From contig NC_042998.1 in the NCBI RefSeq assembly GCF_006345805.1, positions 128,030,001 through 128,094,000 of the forward strand: a DNA stretch of 64,000 nucleotides. Reading direction: 5' to 3'. The notes under the pieces were generated by a model. It did no database searches, was not told the origin of the DNA, and saw nothing but the letters and a program-made list of their open reading frames with translations. Shown piece after piece: positions 1 to 12,399 of this stretch (position 1 is its first letter; each line of letters starts with the position of its first letter). Position numbers and translations under genes: made by a program. Origin of the DNA: Octopus sinensis. Its lineage: Eukaryota.

Positions 1-195
1 ATTTCCTATCACAATTCTGGCTTCACTAATTTCAGAATTAATTATTGGCAATCACTTCTAATATTACACAAGTTCACAAATCTAGGGAATGATATAGTGG
101 ATAAATTTAATTCTAGTAATCAGTTTGTAGTTGTTTTATTGGAAATAGGGACACAGTTAATCTCGGAAGGATTTAATCTCAAAATATAACGGGAC

Positions 196-218
196 AGTAG
201 TAGTAGTAGTAGTAGTAA

Positions 219-287
<69 letters not shown>

Positions 288-355
288 CTGTAGTAGTAGT
301 AGTAGTAGTAGTAGTAGTTGTTGTTGTTGTTGTTGTTGTTGTTGTAGTAGTAGTA
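196..355. repeat. (GTA)n microsatellite with internal (GTT)n tract
   Basis: Direct trinucleotide runs; they account for the poly-L/Q and poly-T ORFs at 120-390. Confidence 0.98.
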
Positions 356-404
356 AGGTGGATTGCAGAATCATTACAGCGTTGCACCAAATACCTTGGT
401 GTAT

Positions 405-490
405 TTTTCTGATTCTTTAAGTCCTAAAATCCCACCACGGTCAACTTAGCCCGCCATTCTTCCGGAATCGATAAAATAAAGCAGCTGTTA
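405..490 (+). mobile_element. Degenerate internal fragment of tRNA-derived SINE (family A)
   Basis: aatcccaccacggtcaacttagcc...ccggaatcgataaaataa aligns with aattccgccgaggtcgactttgcc...ccgggatcgataaattaa of the copy at 12400-12616. Confidence 0.5.
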
Positions 491-1384
491 ACTTCTCTGG
501 TCAACGTCGCCAGTCTGGAAGTAATCGAAAGAAAAAAGTCACAGGAAAAAAAAAATTCGGAACAAAATGAATGACAAACCTACATTTCATAGTTTATATT
601 TGTATAAATCTGCGTAGATTATGTGTGGGTAGATGTGAAGGATTTTTTGCATGTCAGACCATTTAAATATATTTGTTTTTCTCTTTTTCAATGTTCCATA
701 TAATGTCGTTTCTGTTTGTTCAATATTCGAACCCGTGCTGTCATATCAGTTATTATATACCGATAGTTAGTTGACAACTTATAGCATTTTTTTAGAAGAT
801 TAATCTTCAAGACATTTTATGATAAATATATACAATTATTATACAAATGCTAAAAATTGAAATATGCAACGGTTCTCAAGTGTGAAATCGATACCCATGT
901 GCATGGCAATTCCAAATAGTTACTATGACAACATAGTTTTATCACAACATTTTATAAAATTTAGTGGTTTTATTTGGTTTTGAGTTTCATTGCTTTGATT
1001 TTGTTTATAAATATCTAAAATATTTAAAAGTTCATAGGACACATTTTACAAACTAAAAGTGTGTTTCTTCAGTAGTTAAAGTAGCGTATCGTTTAGATAT
1101 GAACAAAATTCCTTATATTTTAGCAAGACAAATACCAGAAGTGAAATGGAAAATGTCATCCAGCTGGTGTTATCAATAAATTCTTTGAATATATGATATT
1201 AATTTTAGTTTTGCCTCTACTCTTATAGTTTCTAATTTTGTTTCTTTGTATTTGTTTTTGTTAATGCTGTTGGTTTTTAATTCTAAGTTAACCCTGATCT
1301 AATCAAGCTAACCCAAAGAATTCATATGACAGATTGAAATGACCAGCTACGAATCAAAGATCTACATTCAATGTATACTTTTTG

Positions 1385-1555
1385 GCATGGCACGCCGGAC
1401 AAAATGCTTTGCAACACTTCGTCCGTCTTTACGTTCTGGGTTCGAATTCCACCGAGGTTGACTTCGCCTTTCATCATTTCTGGACGATGAAATATGCACC
1501 AGTTGAGCACTGGACTTGGTGTAATCGATTTACATTCTCTCCAGAAATTGCTGCT
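1385..1555 (+). mobile_element. 5'-eroded tRNA-derived SINE (family A)
   Basis: B-box-like ggttcgaattcc followed by accgaggttgacttcgcctttcatc and ccagttgagcactgg; collinear with the copies at 12400 and 62609. Confidence 0.75.
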
Positions 1556-1719
1556 GTCTAATAGAGACCAACGCTTGTACTAATCTAATAACGTTAGCAT
1601 TGATTTTAAGATAGAGTTAGCTGTTATTCATAGAAGATCGAACTCTCTCATTGCCTTGTATTTCTGTTGTTTTTTTTGTTTGTTATTATTGTTTTTACTT
1701 TTCTTTCCGAGCTAAATGT

Positions 1720-1830
1720 AAACCATATTGTTATCCAATGTCCTTTATTTAAACAGAAGCACGTGATTTTCAGGATATTTGGCTACTATTCCTAGCAGAT
1801 TACGCAACAAATAGAGGTTACCTTGCTCGT
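1720..1830 (-). repeat. Dispersed repeat (GCTAGAAATAGC-type family), minus-strand copy
   Basis: Reverse complement ctgctaggaatagtagccaaatatcctgaaaatcac aligns with ttgctagaaatagcaaccaaattctcctcaaatcac at ~2156. Confidence 0.55.
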
Positions 1831-2149
1831 CTATTGTAACTTCTGCAGTTACAATAACTCTACTTTCCTGCATAGGCTTCAACTACTGGGATGAGAAGCT
1901 TTCATTTTAACGTATAGTAACCAAAGAAAAATATATTTATTTTAAAGTGTCCGTTACTTGCACATGAAGGCCGCTGAAAGATCAATCGACCTGTTACGAA
2001 TAACATTCAAACCACACTCAAATAACATTTTACCACCGTAAACTAGATAGTATAGTTCTAGATATATTATGGCTAAAAATTTTAATGGATAATCAAACTA
2101 ACTTACACTAGCAACAAAAATAACTTGTTCTTTCGAACCAGCGATATCA

Positions 2150-2260
2150 CTCGATTTGCTAGAAATAGCAACCAAATTCTCCTCAAATCACACATTATCA
2201 TTTACAAATAGTAACGTAGGACAGTTTCGATAATGTGAGGCTGGATATATTGTCTTAAAT
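2150..2260 (+). repeat. Dispersed repeat (GCTAGAAATAGC-type family), plus-strand copy
   Basis: Homologous to 1720-1830 (inverted) and to 20745-20830 (ctgctagaaataaaaatcaaattttcctcaaat) and 21786-21955. Confidence 0.55.
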
Positions 2261-2349
2261 AAGATTGGTCTATCATGCAATTACAACTATTGCAATTTAC
2301 AACTATTTATAACCCGGATGTTGTAAATAGTTTTACTGCTTGCATTAAA

Positions 2350-2995
2350 AGTGAAAGTAAGTAAACAGTAGCCAGACAAATGTTATTGCTGTTTTTTGTT
2401 TTTATTTGTTTCTGTCTTTACTCTTTTGTTATTTTTGATGTTTCTAAATTGATTGTCTTTCATTTCTAAAAATTAGAGAAAGTGATAGATTAATTTAATC
2501 TCTTTTAATAATCAGTGTTAGCCTGGCGTTAAACCAAAGCAACAGACATTAACTATCCCTTCGCACGATGCTAACAGCTTAAGTGCGAAGAAATTTCGTG
2601 TTAAATTTTGGCACAATTTAGCAAATTGTTTGTGATATCCGACATCTTGAGGAGACAAAAATATATAGTTTTCGACGACTCCAGTGCCACATATATCACC
2701 ATTAAGTAGCTTTAACAAGGTATTCTTTCTGCCATGGATCTCTATTCCAGTCTAACCTAACTGTTATTTTTAAGTTTTCAGAACCTCTATTTGTTGTCTA
2801 TTTGAGTCGTTCTTCTTTGAAGTTATAAATACATTTTATCTTGTACTATGTGAAAGTAATGAAACAATAACCAGACATTTGTCATTATTGTTTTGTTTTT
2901 GCTCTTTTTGTCTTAGTGCCGGTGTCTTTAAATTGATTGTCTTTCATTTACAAAAAGTATTTGCAAGATTAACTAAATTAATCCCTTTAATAATC
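2350..2995 (+). repeat. Two diverged ~150-165-bp direct repeats (2350-2515 and 2850-2995)
   Basis: Shared anchors gtgaaagtaa (2351/2850), ccagaca, the 20-mer aaattgattgtctttcattt (2446-2465 and 2930-2949) and tttaataatc, in the same order. Confidence 0.75.
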
Positions 2996-3900
2996 CTGTA
3001 CAAATTCGAAGTATTTCTTATTTTGCTTTCTTTTTAGTCTCTTATGCTAGTATATTTAACGATAATTGTCCATCAACTAGGCTTGAACTGCTATGTACAC
3101 CCTATCGAGCTAAGATCGTAACCTATTTTGAAATTTTAATTGGAAATTTTTCACTTGACTTTCATTCGTTAATGATCATGTAAACGATATTATAAATACC
3201 AGGACTCTCATTTCATTCAGACTTGAAACTCATTGTTTCCATCCATCAATTGATGGATAACTATTATTAAGCAATGTCAATTAATTAATGATATTCCTTA
3301 CACATGCGTGAAATAATTAACTATTGATTGAGTGATTAATTGATTCTAGCACTGAAGCTTATCTAATAGCTAGATGTTACTGCTTAATCCCTTGTATTAA
3401 TCAAGAATAGCCAGACATTTCCAACATAAATTCTCTCTAGCTGAATCCTGGTTAGTTGATAGTCTCTCACTAATGCTATTGAACATTCTTGGTTTACTTT
3501 AACTCAATCGAAATTAAATGCACCCAGGCAAAGACTTTGTAGAAGTCTGACAGAGACCCATACTCTGTATTCTTTACACCACCGATGTTCTCTGGGGGCA
3601 AGACCGTCACTCAGGCACTCACTCAGTCATGCACCAGTGTCGTCGCGGGCGTTGCTGTCGCATGCAGCTCAGCAACATATCCGGCATTTTTCGGCTAAAT
3701 CGTCGTCCTGGATTGATATTTTTTACTGACCCCGAAAGAAGGAAATGCAAAATTTAACCTCAGTGAGATTTGAACCAAGAGAGTCGAAACAAATACCACA
3801 AGACAATGTATCCAACGCTCTAACGACTTTACTAACTCAACTCCTCCACTTAACCATGACACACACGCTCTCTCTCCCTCTCTCTTTTCTCGTTCACTGT

Positions 3901-3949
3901 ACACACACACACAAATATATATATATATATATAAAGAGAGAGAGAGAGA
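3901..3949. repeat. Compound (CA)n(TA)n(GA)n microsatellite
   Basis: Direct dinucleotide runs. Confidence 0.9.
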
Positions 3950-4039
3950 AGGTTAGAAAGAATGTCTTGCTGCATTTTTGGTGTGATCAATTTGAGGGGA
4001 CATTTTCCTTACGGTAAGGTAAAATAAACATCAGTTTTT

Positions 4040-5120
4040 ACATCCCAAAGTTGTTTTGGTTTTTTTCTTTCTTTACAGAATACTTTAAATGATTTCCGAT
4101 CGGATATTGCACGGTGTATGAACTCAAAGAGGATTCTTCAACAATAGAAGCAGCCAGCCAGAAATATTCGTTCTGCCTAAGGAAATAGAACTTTAAGTGA
4201 TCGAACCTGCCATCAATGATTTGGCTAGTTTTGCTCGAAAAATGTTTCTCTCACAGATTCCTCTTTAATATGACCGTCTAAGTTATGTCAACGTTAAACG
4301 TTCGAAAACCATAACAGAGAATAATCCAAACCCAACTGCTCGAGAATTAGAAAAGCAACTCAATTCAATTCAAAATTCGATCATAAAACAACTTTACGAA
4401 ATAGCAAAAGTGCCTAAATTTGATCAGTGACTCCCTCATCATCTGACTGCTTCTCAGCTTAATCAAGAGTGGACTTGCTACCGAAAGTTTCCTGAGTAGA
4501 ATCATCGCAAGTGATGAAAAGTGAATTCTTTGTAATCATATTCAACGAAAATGACAATGGTTTGTACCCAGTGAAAAAGGAGAATTCATCCCCAGGCTAG
4601 GGCTAAACAGAAAAAGCTATAATTTATTTTTGGTGGTATATGAATGGTGTCATCTGTTGTGTAGTGTTAAGCCCAAACGCGGAGAAGTAGTGTGGTCAAC
4701 TAGAAGCATTTCAGAAACATTTGCTGAAAAAGCGCCCATCATTGGTCAATCGTAAATGTGTTCGTCTTACACGATAATGCAAAACCATATACTGCTCAAG
4801 TCACTCAAGAAAAGCTTATGACACGAAATATATACGCTATACCTCTTCTTGCTCCTTCCGCTTGCTGTCATTTTTCAGATCATTGGAACATCTTTTGTGA
4901 GGAAACAGTTGATTGTGAAGATGATAAAAATTACACTGAGTGTTTCTTTGCTTCGAAATCTAAAGTTTACTGCCGTGAGGTGAACAGTTTGCTAAGTAGC
5001 TTATGTCAGCAACAATGAGGGGAAATATTATCTTGATTAAATAGACCAATTAAGACTAAAGAAGCATTTATTTCTATCTCATTTTAAAATGCAAAAGAAA
5101 ACTTCCTTTCCAACATGATA
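4040..5120 (+). mobile_element. Decayed mariner (DD34D-type) element with transposase pseudogene
   Basis: Ordered motifs across frameshifts and stops: Q*LPHHL (WVPHEL, ~4425-4445), IIASDEK* (TGDEKW, 4501-4524), KKRPSLVNRK, HDNAKPY (HDNARPH, 4770), LAPS..CHF (YSPDLAPSDYHLF), FFASKS. A TIR-like end cttcctttccaacatgata lies at 5102-5120. Confidence 0.9.
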
Positions 5121-5559
5121 TATATATGTGAATGTGTGTACATAAACACGTACACACATATTGACACACATACATTTATATAAGTGTGGTGTATGTGTGT
5201 CTGCTGGCATGTGTAGCAAATCGCTAGATTTTAGTCTCCACTTCATTTATAAATTAAATGAGACGGTCTTAACTTAAGCGTTAATGCGACCACTGTGAAA
5301 TTGTATTTAAAGCTACTGTTATTCAGCTTATAAGTAAATCAGGAAGCATGATTTGAATATTTAACACATTTTCAGTCATTAGTTCTATTTAGTAAATTAC
5401 CGATGTGCTAACGGTGTTTACATTCTCAAACTTAATGCATAGTAAATCCGTAGATTTTAGCTGTCATTGCATTTATAAATTAATGAAATTTATTGCATAC
5501 ATTAGACATTCGCGAACGCTTGTCATGTTTATGTTACCATAACGAGGACGTTACACTGC

Positions 5560-5738
5560 CAGACAGACAGACAGACGAACGGTCAGACGGACATACAAAC
5601 AGAATGATAGATAGATAGAGAGAAAGAGAGAGGGGCATACATACGTACGTACATGCATGCATGCATGCATACATACATACATACATACATACATACATAC
5701 ATACATACATACATACATACATACATACATACATACAT
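5560..5738. repeat. Compound tetranucleotide microsatellite (GACA/GATA/CATG/CATA)n
   Basis: Direct runs; they account for the MYVC-repeat ORFs. Confidence 0.97.
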
Positions 5739-7028
5739 GACTTAGAGGAAGAAGATCAATGTTCATGAACGTTTGAAGAGCTTCCAAGACTAGAGTGAGG
5801 AAGGAAACTATTGCCTCATGGGACACCTTGCCAAAATATCAATCACAGAGTTAACTCTGCGGAAAGCACAAAACATAGAGGTTTTAAGCCAAATGATGGA
5901 TGAATGCTACGACACAAAACAAACATGATCATTCCAGCATTTTCCCCACACATTTTCCACCCACCTATCAATAGGTACTATAGAGTGGGATAAATTCACC
6001 ACAGTAAATGTTAGAATGACACAGCTGCACATTTTGAGCGAGGATCTTCTTGTTGTTGTTTTAATCACCACATTACATGACTGATAATTAATATTATCGA
6101 CCTCCTCCTTCTTTCCGAAGGATGGAAGAAAATGTTCGACTCGGCAGGATATAATTAAGTATTTAGACATTTTTTTCATAAAATGAACTTCCGAAAAGGT
6201 ACTATATTTTATTCTTCCTCCTCTACCTGCTTCTTTGTTTCGCTCTCTCTTTCCTCTATCCTTTTCTCCTTTTATTTCTTTGTCGCTAAAAGTAATCTTA
6301 ACAACAGCATGTAACATTCAGTTGCGATGGTAGTGTTTTTTTTGGTTCATATATATTTCTAAAAAAATATAGATAACACGAAAATATCATGTCCCCAAAC
6401 GCTCTAACTTATAAAATAGTTTTCTATGAATTTTAACAAACTATTCCTGACTACCAGAATCTGGTGAATATTTCATATGCTACTTTGCTTCATAATATTT
6501 CACTTAGTATTAGTAAAATATTAATTGGAATCAATATAATGTAATTGTACTTCATCAGTGTTGTCACAATTAAGTTCTCGTGCACCCTTATAATTGTTCA
6601 ATACTCCATACATAAGTAGTGCTTCAAAGTAGTGAAACACAAAGTAGTGAAATAACAACACAAACATACAACCATACACACACAAACGCAAACACTCGTA
6701 CACACAAACACGTACACGCTTCAGGGAAAGTAAAATCTGTATAAATATTTCAATACTAAATTTATTCAAACATCACGGGATTAATAGAAGCTACCTTTAA
6801 TTTTTGTTTGTCTTGCGGGGGGGGGGGGGGCATTTTCAACGTGGTTAGCTTTAAGTTTTTATTCTTTAAAGATTTTAATGCAAAATTTTCCAAAAATCTT
6901 TCTGTTTAAAAATAACGAAACAGCTAGGATGTTGTTGGCGTACGAAATAGTCAACGGGTATTAATTTTAGATTTAAAATAAAAGATGGAAACTGTCTTAT
7001 GACTTCTGAGAGCAACCGTGACAAAAAG

Positions 7029-7557
7029 GCAGAGGTGCGGTTGTCATTTAAGGAACGTAGGACCATTTTAAAGTGGTATTTATTTCAATTTTGAGAATGT
7101 TGTTCAAGGTCAGAATAGAACCACCAACACTTCTGACAATTTCGCAGATTCGTGATAAGTTAGAAACACATGGTACAGTGTGTGATGTGCAGAATGGAAA
7201 ATCTGGCAGACCTCGTACAGTAACAAGTACTGCTTTCTCGGCTATGGTGTTAGAACATTTCACACACACGCCACAGAAGTCTACGCAAGCAAAAAATAAT
7301 CAGTATAAGCATACGGCACATTATTAAAAGACCTAAGTGAAAAGTTTACATCCCACGATTATGGCATGCAATTAACGATGACGACCATAATCGAATAATT
7401 TTTGTGAGTGGTTTCAACACATGGTAGGCGAGGATGAATAGTTTGCGAGGATAATTGTATGGTCTGATGAATCACAACTTAACTAAAGAGAACAGTGAAC
7501 CAACAGAACTTCTTTACTGACACCAGAAAATCCTTGCTTGCATGTGGACAAAACAGT
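7029..7557 (+). mobile_element. Tc1/mariner-superfamily transposase relic, N-terminal half (DUF4817-like HTH to first catalytic Asp)
   Basis: AEVRLSFKERRTILKWY (7029), TISQIRDKLETHGTVCDV, SGRPRT (7202), KVYIPRLWHAINDDD, FCEWF, IVWSDE (7460-7471), ENP (7526). Truncated where RTE sequence begins. Confidence 0.8.
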
Positions 7558-7559
7558 TT

Positions 7560-8370
7560 CAAGCTGTTTGAGCGCCTTGTGTTGGAGACAAATACTCAAT
7601 TCCAAGTGGCAAAATAAAGCACCTGATACAGAGGTCCTTGCCAAGGTAAGATGAGAAAACATCATCCAACCACTCATTATATCTAATCAGATGTATTGGG
7701 CAGGCTATGTTGTGCATATGGAAGACAAGATTCCAAAGTAGCTGTTCTACGTGAGCTGTGCACAGGAAAGCCTCCGCAGCACAAACCAGGAAAGAAGGTA
7801 AATAAAGCCAACCTGAAAGATCTCCAAATCGATATAATGAACTGGGAAGACTTGTTTTGGAAATAGCTGAGAGCGAGAAACGTATAAGGCAAGGTTATAA
7901 AACATTTGCATTGGATCTCCTGCAACACGAAAGCCTAAAGCATCAGAGCTTTAATGATAACAAAGCACTGGAGGTGTAAAATGTGTAGCCGTGTACTCCA
8001 TTCAAAAGTTGAGTATGCCAAACATTTGAAATCCAATGAAAGATCGATTGTATGCAGCTTTCTTCCTCCTAGATCAGGAGATTTGATGTGCATAGTGTGT
8101 GAAATGGCTTACAACTCGATTAGGGGTCTAAAGAGAAATATGGTTATCCACAGATTATATCTCACTAAGTGATGCGATCAATCCAGCGGAGTTATAACTT
8201 TTGTCTACCACATATATAACTTTTGTCTACCACATAAGCTTCAAACCATACAGGTCTGTAACGGGAATGAATAGTCATCTGAGAGGTCATGGACGAAAAC
8301 TCAGAAATGTCATTGATAACAAGGACGCTCCGAGGGATACAATCATCTGTGAAGATGGAGCAATCACCAT
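7560..8370 (+). mobile_element. RTE-clade LINE, 3' fragment of the ORF (post-RT region and C2H2 zinc fingers), decayed
   Basis: ILNSKWQNKAPDTEVL (7592), WAGYVVHMEDKIPK (7697), LF..EL..GK, and C-terminal CKMC..KHLKS, CIVC..GLKRNMVIH and ..KPYRS..GMNSHLRGH. This is the typical RTE C-terminal layout. Confidence 0.85.
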
Positions 8371-8781
8371 ATGTACGTATGGATACTTTATTTAATACAC
8401 GGTTGCAAATTCTATTTATAAGTTTATAAGTTCCTGTTAAACACACATACACATACGCACGCATTCACACCAAGACACACTCAAATATATATGTGCATGT
8501 GTAGCGATGGTGAAACTTTCTACGTTGTCTATAGATACAAAACTTAAACATCTAGGAAACAAAATGAAATACCTACAAACCACTACACCTAATAGCTTAA
8601 AATGTACACGTACATCAACACAGAGGTAAAGACATACAAAACTTACTCACTTTCAAGGATTATTGAAAGTGCGAGCTTTTAAGTAATTAAAATGAAATAT
8701 GTTCTCTTTAATTTAGTAATGGCAACTGGACACATAATGCATTCCTCCGCTAAACATCACAGTAATGGACCAATAACTAAC

Positions 8782-9083
8782 TGGCACTCCGTCGGTTGCG
8801 ACGACGAGTGTGTCGGTTGATCCGATCAACGGAACAGCCTGCTCGTGAAATTATCGCGCAAGTGGTTAAGCATTCCACAGACACTTAACCTTAGCGTGGT
8901 TCTCGGGGAGATTCAGTGTGACACAGAATGTGACAAAGTAGGTCTTCTGAATTACTGACACAACTTGGATTGGAGAAATGTGAAATAAGTGTCTTGCTCA
9001 AAGATGCAAGGCACAGACAGGAATCGAACTCATGACCTTACAATTGTGAGTCAAGTACCTTAACCACTAAGCCACGCGCCTTC
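8782..9083 (-). mobile_element. Near full-length tRNA-derived SINE (family B)
   Basis: Minus-strand head gaaggcgcgtggcttagtggttaagg (A box TGGCTTAGTGG) and gttcgattcc (B box); 3' end ...caaccgacggagtgcca. The flanks share tggacc(a/t)ata, a possible eroded TSD. Confidence 0.85.
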
Positions 9084-9679
9084 ATTGGACCTATATCAGA
9101 GTTGACTAATCTAAAACACAGACTGTTATGTAGTTTAAAGAAATAATTTACCCGATGTAATTCTACATCCATTTTCGTTTTATTTAGTTGGTTAGTTATG
9201 CATATTTACAAGGTTATTCTCGTTGCTCACTCCCCGTGTTGATAATCTTGGGCACATAGGTATATGTAAGTAGGTTGGTCATATAAATCTATGAATGCAC
9301 GCAATTTTTATGTTTTTAACGACGTTTTCCTTTTAAAAAGTAAAACAATCTAGTCTCAGTTTTCCAACACTTTTACTTCCAGCATGTTGATATCTTTTCT
9401 CATGTTGACATAATTTTGGATTTTTGTTTTTTTAGTTCTTTTAGGATTTTTATTTTTGATTTGCAACATCAGTTCATATTCTTTGGAGATGGGGAGTTGT
9501 TTTAACGTGTCCATTTTCCTTTTTGTTTTTTTTATCTTCTATGTGTTGATAATTTTCCTCTCGTAAGTATAAGTACGTTACTTTTAATTGTATACTTTCT
9601 ATCCCTATTCTTCTTGCTGCTTTGTACTTCGATAGCTTCTCTTTTTTACTAATTATAGTACTATTGTATTCAAAGCATG

Positions 9680-12250
9680 AAACAACGCTTGAATTTCCCG
9701 TTGAAGTTTCGCAACAAAAGAAAATCGAGAAAATCGCCGAGACAGACAAATACAGCATCAAGAAACAAAGCGAAAAGAGCAAGAATACGAAAACATGGAG
9801 CAAGATTTTGAGAGAAATAATGTGAGGGCTTGGCGACAGGTAGGTCAACGTGGAAATATGTAATTTGTGCATCGACGGGTGTAACGCACTATAAGAGTCA
9901 GTGTAAGGTATGCCGACATGAAAATGCTATCACTACTATTTGTTTACAGAAACTCTCATTTCAAATTCCTTCCACATAAGCCGAATAAAAATGTTCAACA
10001 ACGCTATGTGAAACTTATGAATGCCGTTTGCGGTAATTACCATGGGCAAATATGGCCTAAGTCAAAGCCTCCATCACATAATCCTTTGTTTGTGCTATTC
10101 TATTGAGAAGGGGAAGTAAAATTGCCCCCAGTAGCAATTGATGGTTTTATTCACAGACAATATGAAGATGGCAGAATTTCAAAAAAAAATATACATGCGT
10201 GCAACTGCGCAATGTCATTCATATCATTAAGAGCACTATGTAATAAAAGTTTAATTAATGTAGGTGGAATATATACATACCAGATACAAAACAGGGTTAC
10301 TTACAATGGATATTTTACAAGATCCTTGTACAGACCCTGCTTATGCCCAAATGTACATTTACGTTCCAGAAATAAAGATGAATGGACGATACTCATGTAA
10401 CCTACAAAATTCGGAATGAAACCATGAAAATGTTCCAAGATTTAATCCAGGAGTACCATCCATTCGGAGTATAGTTGAAACTTATATCAAAAATACATTT
10501 TCATATGGAAATCTGTACATCTGTAGCTGAAGATAGCTATGTATGTCCGACAACTTCGGAGGTGCTATATTTCGTGGAGCAAGAAAGGATAACTATTGTG
10601 CGTCATATGTTTTCATATAAACAAGTAGTAGGAGGTGATAGTTATCAACTAGTTGCTCAAGCTATATGATCCACTGCACTTTGTACTTTTGCATTTGGAT
10701 AGTGGGTGTGGATGGCGTCTTAGAAAACCTGAAACTCAAAGTTATGTCAGCTATTACTGGCTAACGGTTTGAAAAAAATTATTTTGCTGTGCTACGACAT
10801 TCTGAAAGATAATACAAAAATATGCAGTGGGCATATATGCAAACTTTAAAGAATTACACTGAATTTTTTAGTACTAATCATAAAGAGATGGTATCAGAAT
10901 TAAATGATTTTATTGGACTAATGAGTAGATGGTTCTACTAGAATGGCGATCTCATTAAGACTATTCCTGCACTTATTTACAGGGGGTGCACATTATATCT
11001 AAAATATTTTACAGAATGCCGAGGTAATTGTAAAACATTTTGGGAAATCAAATTTCTTCATTGCAGTTATATACAACCCTGCATGGCCAGAAATTACTAA
11101 GCATCTGGAGTCTAGGCAAACGGGAACCAGTCATGGAAACCTGTGTGCAAGCGTTTCGCATATGAAATTACAGATATTGATGATCCAATCCAAAGAGTGC
11201 AGCAATAGTTCATTCAAAATTAAATAAATATAACAAATTTCTATAGCACATCAGCTCACTCCATCTGTTTAACTTAGCACGTGTAGTAATAAAGTATTAA
11301 TAGCTCAAATGGTATCCATAGTTCACTTCAAAACATAATACAGAAGCATATACCAGTTGCTGATGAAGTTGTGTGCTTTGTAGAGGCTCCCGGCAGATTC
11401 TTCGAGTGTAAAAAAATCAACTCGTGCATTGAGAGTTGCAGTTATGGTGAAGCAAAGTTCTTTAGGGAGACATTTGGTACAACTTTAGAGCCGATACCTT
11501 GGCAATGCATTATGGTCCAAATTTCGCTTAACCATATGTGAAGGAAGACACTGACACGGATAAAAACATATTATCAGATAAATGAGTCATTTTTGAGCAG
11601 CTCCTACAATGTGCTTGGATATTGAATTGATTCACAGGTCAGAAGATTGTTAATAATACTTACAACTCAATGCAAAGGTTTTGATAAATCTATATCCTCA
11701 TTACTGATGCAACGCATGGAGAGGAACATTGTATCATAATCAGGGCAGTTTGGCAACCGGTGATAATTACAAGGCTTCTTTGTTTCCTCCTACCCTGCTA
11801 TCGAATGGCTGTCATTTCATAGATCCCGCTTTGAAAATGTTTTTAAATGGGTGCATTGTCATAGATTTGAGAGCTCTAATTGAACAGAATAATCTATGCA
11901 ATGGTACACGTATGCATATAAATCAATTATGTGGGTCACCAATGCATTGTATAATCATCACAGAAAGTGATCGTTATAGTAAACCTGTAGTAATCTTCAG
12001 AATTGAATTGATATCTACTGAAAAGTGATTGCTATATTCATGCCAACGTTGGAAATTTCTAGTTAAAGTTCACTATCAACAAGTCGCATGAGCAGACTAC
12101 ACAAGAGGTTGAATTGTATTTAAGGATTTCAGGATTTCAAGCGCAAAGTAGTTACTCATAAGCAACGCCAATGGCAAGAATATGAGAATCTAGCTTCATT
12201 GCTATGTCATGCAAGATCAAATGCCTTGTTTATAATGAAGTGTTTCTTGA
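9680..12250 (+). mobile_element. Internally deleted, decayed Helitron (Rep-Hel ORF relic)
   Basis: N-terminal motifs EGEVKLPP (10107), ACNCAMSFISL, PAYAQMYIY (10336), PTTSEV, YDPLHFVLLHLDSGCGW (10665). PIF1-helicase C-half LCNGTR (11894), VIFRIELI, TINKSHEQT (12072, = TINKSQGQT), LVYNEVF (12225). The 5' boundary is approximate (K/R-rich segment from ~9680). Confidence 0.85.
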
Positions 12251-12399
12251 CTCATTTACAACTCTATTTATGGTCTAAGCTATATCTTTTACATATGAGG
12301 TATATATTTTAGATCCAAGTAGCGATTAAGAATAATATTTATTTCACCTATTATATACAACATATTTTTTCATTTCTTTTTCATTATAGATATCATTAA

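Noticed and set aside
1-189. Stop-free + frame from the window edge (ISYHNSGFTNFRINYWQ...)
   Set aside because: 62 codons, no recognisable motif or splice evidence; cannot be judged without upstream sequence.
120-390. Poly-Leu/Gln and poly-Thr ORFs
   Set aside because: Translations of the (GTA)n/(GTT)n microsatellite.
9474-9872. Hydrophobic 132-aa minus-strand ORF as a membrane protein
   Set aside because: It is the antisense of an A-rich, K/R-coding segment at the Helitron 5' end, so the hydrophobicity is compositional.
11350-11420. Minus-strand TTSSATGI resembling helicase motif Ia
   Set aside because: Opposite orientation to all other Helitron motifs; a short match, likely chance.
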